Source of the DNA: Podarcis pityusensis
Lineage: Eukaryota
DNA length: 64,000 nucleotides
Assembly: GCA_964106645.2 (NCBI GenBank)
Contig: OZ067039.1
Reading direction: 5' to 3' (one strand)
The translations under genes and the position numbers were made by a program. How positions within the stretch are numbered: position 1 is the first letter of the stretch; every line of letters starts with the position of its first letter. Positions 1 through 48,879 of this stretch are shown here, in pieces. The notes beneath the pieces were generated by a model, which saw only the letters and a program-made list of their open reading frames with translations, was not told where the DNA came from and made no database searches.

Positions 1-3
1 TTG

Positions 4-18
4 TAGATAGATAGATGA

Positions 19-66
<48 letters not shown>

Positions 67-68
67 AA
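4..68. repeat. (TAGA)n(GAAA)n microsatellite
   Basis: Direct reading. Confidence 0.95.
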
Positions 69-626
69 AGGGGCCGGCATCTGGGGAAAAGACTTTGACA
101 GTCCCACCTGCCATTGAACCAAATGTTAGGATTGCCATACACCTGGTTTTCCCCAGAGAAGTCCTTTTTTCTGGGTAAAATTGCTGTCCAGGGAGATTTT
201 TCTTTCTTTCTTTCTTTCTTTCTTTTTTTTTTTTGGCAAAATGTCATTTTTGTTTGTTTGGTATCATTAGTTAAACTTTGGGCCTAGAGACAAAAATGAG
301 GGCTAACTGCTGGATTGAGTGGCACTCCTGTCAATGAATCTTTCCCATCTGTATCTGGGAATAGTGGGGGTTGAACCCGAAACTGTTCATGTGCAAAGTT
401 TGTGCTTTACCACTGAGTCCATTTGAAGCAACTAAATCTGGTATTAAAAAATGTGGGTCTGCATATGACAGCTCCTGTATATTAAATCATATATACCATT
501 TTGCTATAAACTCTCTTCTGCCCATTGTCAACTTTTCCTAGTTGCTCAAGCAAAGAAGACCTGCTAGAAAATAATTAATTCTCTTGTGTGTGTGTAAACT
601 GTACTTCTGTTTCTCCTCCTTGACAG

Positions 627-37395
<36,769 letters not shown>

Positions 37396-37572
37396 ATTGT
37401 CAGGCAGGCAGCATCTCTTGCCCAGATACTTGGCTCACTGTATTTCAGCAATGGGAGAGTTTCTCACTTTTTCACAACATTAAATTATTTTGCTGTAGCC
37501 CCTTTTCCTATTTTGTAATCACATTTATGAAAAATTCAGAATCCTTTGAAATGTTTTGATTATATGGTGAGA

Positions 37573-37578
37573 AATAAA
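37573..37578 (+). terminator. Probable MARS1 poly(A) signal AATAAA
   Basis: First AATAAA after the stop codon (weaker ATTAAA at 37479-37484). Confidence 0.65.
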
Positions 37579-37581
37579 TAT

Positions 37582-37587
37582 TTTATT
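37582..37587 (-). terminator. Probable DDIT3 poly(A) signal AATAAA (minus strand)
   Basis: TTTATT on plus strand, about 480 nt beyond the DDIT3 stop. Confidence 0.65.
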
Positions 37588-38064
37588 GGTTAAATACATA
37601 CTGTACCTATAAATGCAAAAGCTATTATTGGATTCATACATACATGCTTTTTCTCGCGCGTTTTTCTTCACAAGTGAAGTGGTGGTGGTTATGTTAAGAA
37701 CAAGCCTGGTTGACAGAGGCAGTTTCATCCAAGATGGCTTTCCTCTGGAATATATAGCCTGGCACAGTCTAGTTGCATGATCACCTTTTATATTTCAGTT
37801 CAGCAAGGCGGGCTCACTAAACCAGAGTAGAAATAAGCAATCTGAGTCCCCCATAAGGTAATGTTGCAGAGTTAGTCTATGGAACAGCCCCAGCCTACCA
37901 GGTGATGGTAATGTTTACTCTATTGTATAGGAAAGTGCTTGACACTTTCTTTTTTAGCATGTTGTTTAAAGTCATAGATGCTAAAGCTGGGAGCAGTGAA
38001 GTATTGCTCTGTTTGGTCCATGGCAAGTGAGTCATCAGTACAGGAAGGAAGTTCTCCAGATCCA

Positions 38065-39426
38065 TTAAGTCTTTAGGCTCACCATACGCTGGATAAGTGC
38101 TGCTCTTGTTGCTTCCACCTCTGCAGTCAAGCGCTCTATTTCTTTCTGGAGGTGCTCATTGTGGGCCATCAGCTCGGCCACTCTGCGCTCATTCTCCTGC
38201 TCCCGCTCTCTGCCCCGCTGCCTCTTGCCTCCGTGGGGCTGTCCACCATGCTTCCTCTTCCGGCTAGTAGACACCCCCTCATCATCATCTGTCCCAGTCT
38301 GCACTGGGGAACTGTGGCTGGAGTCTGACTCAGCAGGTCCCGCAGGCTCCTCAGCTAGCAGTTCCAGGAGTTGAGCTGTGAGATCAGGGTCCAGCTCACA
38401 GTTTCCAACTGCTTCACTTCCACTGGGCTCCAAGGGACTGGAAGCATCCAGGTTCCACAGCAGAGCAGTACTGTCAACACCATCAAACTCCTTCTGAAGG
38501 AAAATGGAAAGATGGTGAGAGCTACTATTTGCCTTCACCTCCTAAAGCCAGAGTGATCCCTAGCCTACAAAGACCAGGGTTCCTGATCCATCTTCACTGG
38601 GGCAGCCTTGGACTTGTTGCTGCCTCACAAGGTTGTTATGATTAAAATGTGGGATTAGGTATTCATGCAACCAAATATGCACATTTATTTGCTTTACTTT
38701 TGTCTACAGAAAGCAGTTTCTAAGCTATAATAGAAACTACAGTGCACACCTAAGAGCACAGAAAGAGGTATGTATTATCTAGGGAAGCCAGTCTATAGGC
38801 AACCCCCCCAAAAAAAACCCCCCACTAATGAGCCTGTGAAGGGTGAATGACACAGCATAAAAGATAAGGCTTGACAGCCCATCTGTGTCATGTGGAGTAG
38901 TTGGTATTGGACACCCCCACCCCATCAATTCCTGAAATATCTACCTCTTCTGCATGACAGGATTTGCTCCAATGTTTCTCTACCATCATTATGAATAGGC
39001 TATAGTGAAAACTATATAGCATGTTAAGATTATCAAATTTCTGCATAGCATAAGCGGTAAAACAGATGCTTGCCAGGTTCCCCAAATTTAAAGGTACCAC
39101 ACTCATTTTGTTTTTTCATGGGTTTTTTTTTAATGGTTTGGGAGGACAAGTGAAGCAAAGTGTGATACAGAGCCAGTAGAAGAAGAATTAGAAAACTCTT
39201 AAGGGGGAAATCTAGCCACCTCTGGGATGCTGTACACAAGAGACATACAAGATGCTAGGAAAGTTGCTTCCCTCCGCTTTCTCACCTGCTCCTGTCCCCC
39301 TACTGGGGGGTCTGTCCTGCTGGTTACATCCAAGGAGAGCACCTCCTGCAAGTCCTCATACCAGGCCTCCAGCTCCCACGGGGGCACTGGGGTGCTCCCA
39401 GAGAAGGGCAGTGATTCTGCCATCAT
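38065..39426 (-). CDS. DDIT3: DNA damage-inducible transcript 3 (CHOP/GADD153), C/EBP-family bZIP; coding exons 39426-39286 and 38493-38065, about 189 aa
   Basis: N-terminal MAESLPF...WELEAWYEDLQEVLS motif; basic region RKRK followed by EQENERRVAELMAHNEHLQKEIERLTAEVEATRAALIQRMV zipper; canonical splice sites. Confidence 0.97.
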
Positions 39427-42400
39427 GGTTCAGGTACAGCCAACACTGTCTGAAAGAAAGGAGGGTGGGGGGGGGGTGTCAAGAGACCTGGGCTAGCAAT
39501 ACAAATTCAAAAGTGCACAGGGAGGATGGGTGGGTGGGTGTGCAGAGCCCCCAGATCCCACGGAGTTGTTCTAGGTCAATAGGAAAACACAAGGAGCCCT
39601 GGATTTCATTACAAGCAGAGCCCCATCCATTTGTTACCAAAAAAAAGAAAAGAGCACTGAAAATCTGTTTGTCATTGCTTTTTTATCCCACCATTCCTTG
39701 TAAGCCCCCTTGAGGTTCTCCCCCCGCCTCCCATTTTATCCAGGGATACCTTTTATCCCTGTGAATTAAGTCAGGCTGAGAGTGACTGGCCCAAGTAAGC
39801 TTCATGGCTGAATGGGGATTTGAGCCAGGGTCTCCCTGGTCCTTGACAATGAATGCTAGATTAAAAAGGGGCTATGCTATAGAAATGACTGGGTAGAGCA
39901 TCTCCCCCATCCAGCTTCTGCCATTCAAACAGCACTGGCTTTCACATGGGAACAGGAAGCAAGAGGTGTGCCTCATTCTACCGCAAAGACAGCCTCCTAT
40001 TCTGCACTGACAAGGAGGGTGGCTTGGCACCATTCTGTGGCCTAACCACACTGGGAGAGGTCTTAGAAAAAAATCTTATGCAAGCACAGCACAGTTAAAG
40101 GATTACAGGCCACCAAGAGTGCTGTGATGGACCATTACTACAGGATGGCTACTTTTGGTTCAGACCTTTTAGTAATAGAGCTGAAAGAGCACAGAAGGTG
40201 TCACCAATTTAGAAATGATGTTGCTATTAGCTGTTTGGAAGCTATTTCATATTGAGTGTTGATTGGGAATTCTAAGAAACCAAAAAAATAGTGCAGTTTT
40301 GAAAGGTTCAGTCTCATTTTGATTCAAAATGGTGTCGAAATGTATTCAAACATAGAAAACCTTTCTCCTTTATCTCTGGAACCACCATGCAGAAATTTGG
40401 TGATGATATCTCAGGTGGTGTTTAAATGCCTCATAACCATAAAAACCACTTTCCAAAAATATAATGGGCTCAGGAGTGACACTGGAAGCTCAGCCATCTT
40501 AAAACACAGCTTACTGGCTTGACAAATAACTCCCTGAAGTACTCAAACCCATTCCAATTCAATAAATGTTGCCATTGTCTCTCAAAACAGACAAATGCCA
40601 ACCAACAGTCTTGATATGCACATGAAGCCAATGAAGCTTGTAGCCTACAATTACGATGTGGCTACCCTCCTATGGTGGGGAACCTGTAGTCCTCCATATG
40701 CAGCTCCCATTGTTGTTGAACATCACTATGCTAGCTGTGGCCGATAGGAGCCCAATAACATCTAAACAACCACAGGTTCCCCTTTTCTGCTATATGTACT
40801 TAAGAGGAAAACTCACTAAACAGTGGGACTTGCTTCTGAGCAAATATGAAGACTTCCACTGCCACATGTGGGTTTTTGAAGTTACTTTCCTTATCCAAAG
40901 GATGTTTTTAAAAGTAGTTTAGGAAACTGGTGTTTCTCTGCATGGCTGGCTACAGTGTGCACATCTCATATTCATGACCTTTCCTAGGGGCATAAGGTAT
41001 CCTGCCCAGGGAGACCAGCGCCGATGTTAACATCTCAGTACCTTTCACACTGGAAATCTCTCATGCTGGAAATAAGAGCTGAGTCACTGTCACAAGACAG
41101 TCTGTGAGTGCCAAGCCAAGCATTCCTGCAGCCTCAGATGTTAAGCATTTCCTTTCTTTGTGGCCTTGGGGCAGGCTGGAACATGCCTTCAGTAGAAGTA
41201 CCATTCTTCAGTTGCATTACTCTCTGACTTGGTGATTATAACACAGACTAGTCTAGAGGAAGGCAAGGGGGCACGTGGCTCTTCAGTTGCTGCTGAACTA
41301 CAACTCCCATCATACCCTACTATTGGCCATGCTGCCTGGGGCTGATGGCAGGTAAAGAGTCCATCATCACCTGGTGGTGAGGGGGCCCCTTGCCTGCTAG
41401 AGGGCAAGGCATGGATAACCTGCTGAGCAATGGAAGTCATACAAATTCTTTTCTAGAAGCATGATACACAGTTGCTTATTTATTTTTTTAAAAAGATGTT
41501 TGTGTCAGCTGCTTTTCTCCAGGAGATGTCCTGGAACACAGCAGAAAACAGAAATGATTTCTCCCTTGCTCTGAGATATAATCATAGAATCACGAGATAA
41601 CGCTGATTAGGGTTCTATTTTACAGATCTGTCCCAGTGGAGGTAAAGCCTTGTTTTAAAGTAATACCTAACAAGACTTTTTAAGGAATACTGTCTATATT
41701 AAGATGCAGTCCAGACACAGGTTCCAGGGCTATGGCCTGAAGTACAGCAACTGAAACTAAACAAAGTGGAACCTAATTAATGCACAGATAGAATAATTCC
41801 CAGGACACAGCTAAATTCAACCTTGAGTTCCATCATGGGAGAAAGCACCATGCAAAATAGAGGGTTGTATCCAAAATCATGTCAGCAGACTCCTGCTCAC
41901 AGAACTTCCTCTCCTTCAGCCACCCCCCTCACAAAACAAAACATTGCTCTGGTTCCCCCCTAAATCTTAAACTAGGGTTTTATGGTTTCATTTATGGTAG
42001 ACCTGGGATGGCCAGAGCTGCATTCACATGAACAAAGGCCAGCCAACTCTAAATGTTCCGGCAATGGTTAAATAGGAACAAGTTACTTACTTGCATTGTT
42101 AGTTCCACGCACCCCATTCTCCCAATGCCCATTACATCCCACTGCATTTCTCTGCTTGGCTAAACAGTACCTGTTTGCATCAATGCAGCTGCAGTCAGAT
42201 ACTGTGTCTGTCATAGGCTGTGACACAAATGCAATGAATGTTTATTCCGGAGGTTCAGCCCTACTTGAGTTCAACAGTCCTTACATCCAAGCAAAACAGG
42301 ACAGCAGCCCCTTCATCCAAAGTCCAACATGTGTTGTCTAATACACAGACTGCCTGTAGGAGTGCCGCACACCTCACTCTATGAAGTCTAAGTGCCTTCC

Positions 42401-42441
42401 TTTTTTGATTCATTGCAGAAATCAGAACAAATTATTCTTAC

Positions 42442-42489
42442 CAGTTTTCAAGTGTGATGGTGTATTAGGATGCGATTTTTCATTCGAAG
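42442..42489 (-). other. DDIT3: DDIT3 48-nt 5' leader exon 2 carrying the 3' half of the inhibitory uORF (LRMKNRILIHHHT*)
   Basis: Minus strand cccacag| ... ctg|gtaaga; IHHHT* matches the mammalian CHOP uORF end. Confidence 0.9.
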
Positions 42490-44717
42490 CTGTGGGAAAA
42501 AGAGGAGAGACTTATATTTTGACTACTGATATCACCGCATAATGATCTCATCTTGTTCCATTTCCACTGCAGAGGTAGCAGAGAGAAATATACCCAGGCA
42601 ACACATATCACTTTAAGCTATGCAGCAAGGTGGAATGGCGCTGTGGCACAGCCCTCTTTCAGTTTGTTTCCATCAGTTCTTAAGATACTGTACTGTGCTT
42701 TGCTTCTAGTTTTGGAAGGGAGTGCCCATTGCTCTCACATGCTTGGAAACGATCTCCTTCCTTCTTCCACACCAGAGGCAACATAAATTCAAAAAGCAAT
42801 GCACTGCATTGATCCCTTTCAATAAAGTAGTGTACCTAAGGTTCTCTGAAGTCTCGGTGCTCTGAAATAACAGAACCTGGCAGAATTAGAGACTGCCAAA
42901 TGCAGATAACCCATGACTTTCCCCATGTAACGGTTGTGTTATTGGCTGCAGCTGATACTGTGAAGTTCTATGCTCAGGCCCTTTTCGACATACAAAATTG
43001 AGACTCAATGATTTTGAATCATTTTAGATTTATCACTCCCTATGCATCCATTGTGCAGCTGGGAGAACTATGAGAGAGAAATGTATTATGCTAGTATCCC
43101 ACCCTTCCAAAAACCTGGCACAGCATACAATTATTTCCATTGAGCTTTCTTTGCACAATAGGTGAGGCTGAGATAGTGACTGGCCAAAGGTCACCAAATG
43201 AACTTAAGAGACGAGCAGAGGTTTTGACATAAGTCCAACTCTACCCACTGTATGGCACTGCTCAAGACCTTGGATGATCCAGGATATGGCCTCAATTTTT
43301 TTAAAAACCTATGATTTGTATAGAGACTACCTTTTGACAAAATGCAACGGTCCTGAAATTAAGCTGCCTGAAATATTGTTTTAAGAAAATTGTCAGAAGG
43401 CCACTTATCTCTCTCTGTACAGAGACTTTACCCCCTGTTTCTTCTGCAAGGGTCCACTAGACAGATCAAAGGACACCCTGCGCTGCCCCGAGTTGAAGAG
43501 CAAGGCAGCAACAGTGGCATGAACCCCACAGGAATGCAGCATGCACCAGGGATGCACCACAGGTTTTCATCAGCCCTGAGTGATGCAACAAACCAGAAGA
43601 GTTGGGGATCGAGGAACTGTTATGCAGCCTGTTGGGGGAGAAAAGGATCCCCAAGGAGCCATGCGAACAGGCATTTCAAGTCATCCGTGTGCCCCAGCAG
43701 GCAGCTTTGCAGTCTTTTACAGGGGCTACTACTGCTTGCATAAATGAGAACTGGGGCATCCTGCTTCCCTCTCCTCTGAGGCACCCCTAAATTCTCACAG
43801 AAGGCAGATTTTGTTTTCTAAACCCACAGAACTGCTTGCAGTGAAAAAGGCTGCGCTCCAACATCTCTTGGCAGAAACCAACAGTACGTCCAGCTGTCTG
43901 AAAGGATGTAGCCTCAAGAGCGGGCAGAGAGCCCATAATTCCAAGCTATTTTAGCACACCAAACAAGACCAATAAGTGTTTCCCTCTCCATGTTGGAAGT
44001 GAAGCGAACTAGGAAAATTTAGGGGGTTTGTCCACCACCCAGTACAGCAGCAATCTTCCTTCCGTTAGCTCAGCAGATACAGTAACACTGAAAGATATCA
44101 ATGCCAGCAAAAGGCAATGAAAAAACAGGGCTCCCAGCACAATTTTTAAAATAAAAAAGCTGTGCCCACGTTCACTGAATTCATTGCTAAACTTGCAATT
44201 CCCTCAGTTGTATTTGGATTTTTGCTTAACGGGTTTTTTAATGGAGGCGCCCTTCTTTACACATCAGCACCCCTAAGAACTACGAATAAAGCCTCTTCCA
44301 TCTTTATTTTTTCATTCTCGCCGTTAAAGTAAGCAGGCCCATCCATCGAGCTTTTTGCTCTCTCTGTGTGGAGAGCGGGGTTGGGGAGAAAGCAAAGGCT
44401 TAGTGGGCGAGTCGGTTTTAGGGGCAGCCAGTTAAAAGCAGAGTGCCTCCTCCCTGCGTGTTTAGGGGACAGCGGAAGCCGCGCCGACTGGGGGCTCAAA
44501 CTCTGAATGAAGTCCGGGCGGGGGCTAGTTCCCCCCTTTCACTTCTGAGTTTTAGGAGCGCGTTAGCAACGCGGAGACCCCCTCCTCAAAAAACCAAGCA
44601 TATCTTTACTTGCGAAGCAGGGAGAAAGAATGGAACCAAGTTCCTTCAGTGATCGGCGCCGGAGATCCCCCTCCCCGTTTTGAACCCCCCCCCCGAGGAT
44701 CCAGGCGCCCCTCGCAC

Positions 44718-44795
44718 CTTCCTCCGCGGCCCCTTCTCTCCCGCGATCCGGTCCCCCAGCTGCTGGCTTCGGCTCATCCTCCCCTCGCGGCTCAT
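44718..44795 (-). other. DDIT3: DDIT3 exon 1, 5' half of uORF (MSREGRMSRSQQLGDRIAGEKGPRRK)
   Basis: Two in-frame ATGs (44795, 44777); donor AAG|GTGCGA in phase 0 joins exon 2 in frame. Confidence 0.75.
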
Positions 44796-45092
44796 TCTCT
44801 TCCTCGCTGCGCGGCTGCCGGCTTCCAACTGCCCGGCGCGTCCTCGGCTCAGGCTGGTCCTTCGAGCGCGGCCCCGCCCCCCGCATGACGCAACCCTTGC
44901 GCCACCCGCGGCCAATCGGCGGCGCCGGGCCCTGCCTCGGGCGGAGCGCGCCCGCCCAACCGCCGCCGCCCTTCCGCCGCGCCCCGCCTCCCCAAGGGCG
45001 GGTGGAGACTGCCGCGTCGCCCCCGGAAGTGACTCCCCCCTCCCTCCCTCCCTCCCTCCCTCCCTCCGTCAGGGTCACGAGTCTGAAGGAGG

Positions 45093-45119
45093 TGAGTCAT
45101 GCGGGGAGGGTGATGCAAC
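45093..45119 (-). promoter_or_regulatory. AARE/CARE (C/EBP-ATF4 site, TGATGCAAC 45111-45119) and AP-1 site (TGAGTCA 45093-45099)
   Basis: Fits TGATGnAAn consensus; same order as recalled for the mammalian CHOP promoter. Confidence 0.8.
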
Positions 45120-48100
45120 GTCCTGGTAACCGGCGGCGGGCGAGGCCGAGGCCCGAGCCGCGACCTTGGGCCTCTCACACCGGGCGCGCCTGGTTCCCTC
45201 ACCCCGCCCGGCCACCCGCGAACTGCCAGAGCGTCCTCAGAAGGGACTAGGCCCAGCTGCGTCGAGGAGGCCGGGCGGGGGGGGGAGGGCCGGGGGGAAA
45301 GCCTCGTGACGTCACGCCCCGCCCGCCGCTCCGTTAAAGGGCCAGGCCTCCCCGGGGAAGGAGCGGAGGCGGCGCCTGCGGGCCGCGCACTGGCCCGTCT
45401 GCGGCCTTCCAGGCGGAGCGAGTGACGAGGGACAGCGGCAACGACGACAAAGCGCTTAGCAAAATAATTCGCTGCTCGATCAGAGAAACCTTAAAGTCTG
45501 TTCACCGCCTCAGCTTTATGTAATAAATGCCTATGTGCATGTGAATAAAACAACGGTTCTGGAATGGGGGAAACAACCACATTTCTTTGTTTTTAAGGTG
45601 GTCCCAGCAGGCGGCCATCTCAATGGGCACCTTCCTCCTGTGTGAGAAAGGAGGAGGAAGACCTTTTAAGGAGCTGAATTCCGCTCGTGTACTTGTAGTT
45701 CTGTTAAAAATAAGAATTAACCAAAAGAAATTACATGTAAAGATCTCAGGGCGGTTCATGGTATAAAAATACAGAATAAAACCACAAAGTGCATAATAAG
45801 AACAAACCAATACCCCTACACACATTTAAAAGGATATAGACCTGTTAAAACAGCCCAAGGCTTGGTTGAAAAAGAACGTTTTTGCCAGTGGACTAACTTT
45901 TAATTGTTCATAAGTGTGTTATTTTACAAATTAAATAGTTAAATAATGCAGTGTTGCATTCCTAAAAAATAAATTTCTAAACATGCCTCCAGGATAAGAG
46001 GTAAAGAGAGGAGGTAGCCAAGTGCAGCCCAGTTCTAACAGTTTGATTTGCTTCCATGTAATGTGTTTAAGATTTCAAATGATAAATTGTCAGACTTCTT
46101 ATGAGCCTGTGCACACCACATTAAGAGTATCCCGCCCTGGTTACAGAGGTGGTGATGGTCTGGAAAGAGAAACATAAAACAGGAACATTATCAACTGCCT
46201 CACTTCTCTCCCCCCCCCCCCCCCAAAATGGGTTCAGGATAGAGTTCCTCCATAATTGGTCCTGGTGTGACAGTTAAGGCTACTTAACATAAGTAGCTGT
46301 CAGACTTGCTATTTTAGGTCATACAATAAAGTCCCATTGCTTTCAGTATCCATGCTTACTATTTTACTTAAAAATTGGCTAAAACAATATACCAGATGCC
46401 AGTCCTAAATTTTTTATAAGGGTTTCATCAAAATGAATGTGATTTTCAAGCAAAACACCAAAATGGGAGTGCTACTTGGATTTGTTAAACAGGCCTGAAC
46501 ATTTAAATAAGAGGAGTTATTTTGAAGGTCACCTTCAGTAGACATGCACTGTTGATATTGTTGATCTCCCAGTTGTATTTCATGCAGTTCCTGAGCTTTC
46601 ATGACCAGTTACTGCTGTTGTCAAATGTTCTGCCTTTGTTCATCTACTTGTCTGCCACGGAACACCTCTCTGTCTTCCCTGAAACTCCGGCATGTTGTGG
46701 AAGATTCTGGGGCCACTCTAGTCTGCATACTCTGTGTGCAGTATGTGCTAGCCAGGCTTGGTGAGCTAGGCCCAAGCAAACTAAGAGTACACGGTCAAAC
46801 ATGCCCAATGCAACTTTGCAGAGGACGATTGGTTGTGGGTAAACGGGCAGGCAAAACTGACTTGGAAGTAGCCTCGCCTTCCATTACCGATCTCACTGAG
46901 GACTCCACATAAGCTGCACAAACAGTGTTCTGCTAAACATAATTTGACAACCCCTGCTCTGTGTCATTTAAAACCTACACAGATTTAAACCAAAGAGTCA
47001 AATTCAAATCCAGATTCAAATACTGGAGGTATGTGTGCCAAACTGGGCCTTTGACCTGGGGAAATAAAGCCTAGTTTTTCCCCTGGCTAATGGTTTAATA
47101 ACATAAAGCATCCTTTAGTCTACTATAGTCTACTAGTAATTGCCCCCACCTTTTCCAGCTCCAGTTTTCTGCTTGGATTCCATTGGGAGCAGGTCCATTG
47201 AAATGAGATGCACCAATTTGTGACTTCATTATGGCAGATCTCTGGGTCACTCAGACTAGCTGTGTCTGCTGTAGTGAACCATCCATAGATTTGACTCAAA
47301 TAAGCCTTTTGAACGTGGGAGTTGCATGGGAGTCCTTCATGCAAAGTAGATTCCTCCAACTCCAACATGAGACTTATTCTGATTAGGATCACACTGGGAG
47401 TTTGTGGCAGGATGAGGACTGGACATAGGTGATTTATTGGGTCTCATTAAAGTGATTTCCTGCTATACCACCAAACATGACTCAGATGTTGCCAGCAGGT
47501 GCCCCCTCAACCATAACTGCAGATTTCTCTCCATTTACTATGCCAGCTGTTCTCATACAACTCCCTGCTTATCCCATAAATTTTGTGCCCTGCAAGTGTC
47601 CCAAACCCCAGTGTCCACTTCCTGCACCCTTTCAATCCCTGACTGATGTTCTGCTATGTCTTTCATAAGCTGCATGTGTAACACTTAGATTTCCTCTTCA
47701 GTACTTTAATATTTAATACCCAACAGGGTCATGTGTGTACCAACCTGTACCAGCCTTCCATCACCCCTGCCCATGTAAACTAGGTCTTAGACTGCCAGCT
47801 TCTTCGTTACTTTTCTAAGCTAACCATACCATGTTTATAGTCATAAGCACTATCACACACAAGGATCACTGACACAAGGAGTGGCAAGGACCATTAGTTT
47901 ACAGGGACAGGGAACCTATGGCCCTCCATAGGTTTTTGGACTCCAGCTCACATCACCCCATCACCCCTGGCCATTAGCCTCATTGGCTGGAGTTCAACAA
48001 CATCGAGGGGTCACAATTTCCTCACCCCTGGTTTAGCACAACCTTCCCCAATCTGGTGCCTTCTGGATTATTATTTTTTATTACAACTCAAACCATTGGT

Positions 48101-48879
48101 CAGGATGAAGGGATCTGTAGTCAAAAACAGGTCTATGAACTGCTACCAGTCAACAGCTAAATGGAGCTTGCCACACTGAGAGGCAGGGCACCTCCAAATG
48201 CTGATGTTGGGGCCAAGCAGCTGAGAGCTGGGACCTGTTTGTGAGTTTCACAGAAACCGATGGACCTTTGCTTTGACCCAGCAAGGCAATTCCGATGTTT
48301 CTTAACATGAACTGTGAGTTCAGCTTTCTGTTGGCAACAGTGTTCAAGTGAGCGGACAGTCTGGGTATGGAGGCAACATTCTCTCCCCCCACCACATAGT
48401 TGCATAGTTCAAGCGAGTACACTTAATATCCCAAGACAGGCATTAAATCCTCCCTTCAAAGTTGTTGCCACTTCTTGCATTGTGATATGGACAAACTTGG
48501 TTCTCTGGTCTCTCACGGGCAATCCCTTGACCTGCTGTGTCTTGACAGTATAGATCGTAGGTGTAACTTGAAAGCACACAGTCTCATTGTAATGGTCTGC
48601 ACAACTCTGTACGAAGTCAACACTTTGTCAACACTTTGTTGACTTCTCCTTATCCGAGTGTGCGTGTGACACAGAGAATAGGGGTGTGGGTGTGAAACAG
48701 TAATTGAATCAAAGTTTGCATACTTGGAAGGGACCCTTCATCTAGTCCAACCCCCTGCAATGCAGGCATCTCAACACACGGTCCCCTATCCAGTTAGAAA
48801 CCATACCGGACTCTGCTTAACAGTTTTTTAATTGCTGCACCACTAGTCCTACTCGAACAGTGTGCCCCTTTCTCGGTAC

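Larger units (their letters stand above)
44400..45480 (-). promoter_or_regulatory. DDIT3 CpG island and promoter
   Basis: Dense CpG, GC boxes, CCAAT near 44912, ETS CCGGAAGTG 45023-45031, CRE TGACGTCA 45307-45314; boundaries approximate. Confidence 0.85.

Noticed and set aside
39450-44717. Intronic miRNA or snoRNA in DDIT3 (or in MARS1 introns)
   Set aside because: No convincing hairpin or box motifs seen by eye beyond MITE palindromes; an Rfam/Infernal search would be needed
44563-45250. Overlapping ORFs in the CpG islands (also 48942-49782)
   Set aside because: Stop-codon depletion in GC-rich DNA; only the 44718-44795 uORF segment has independent support
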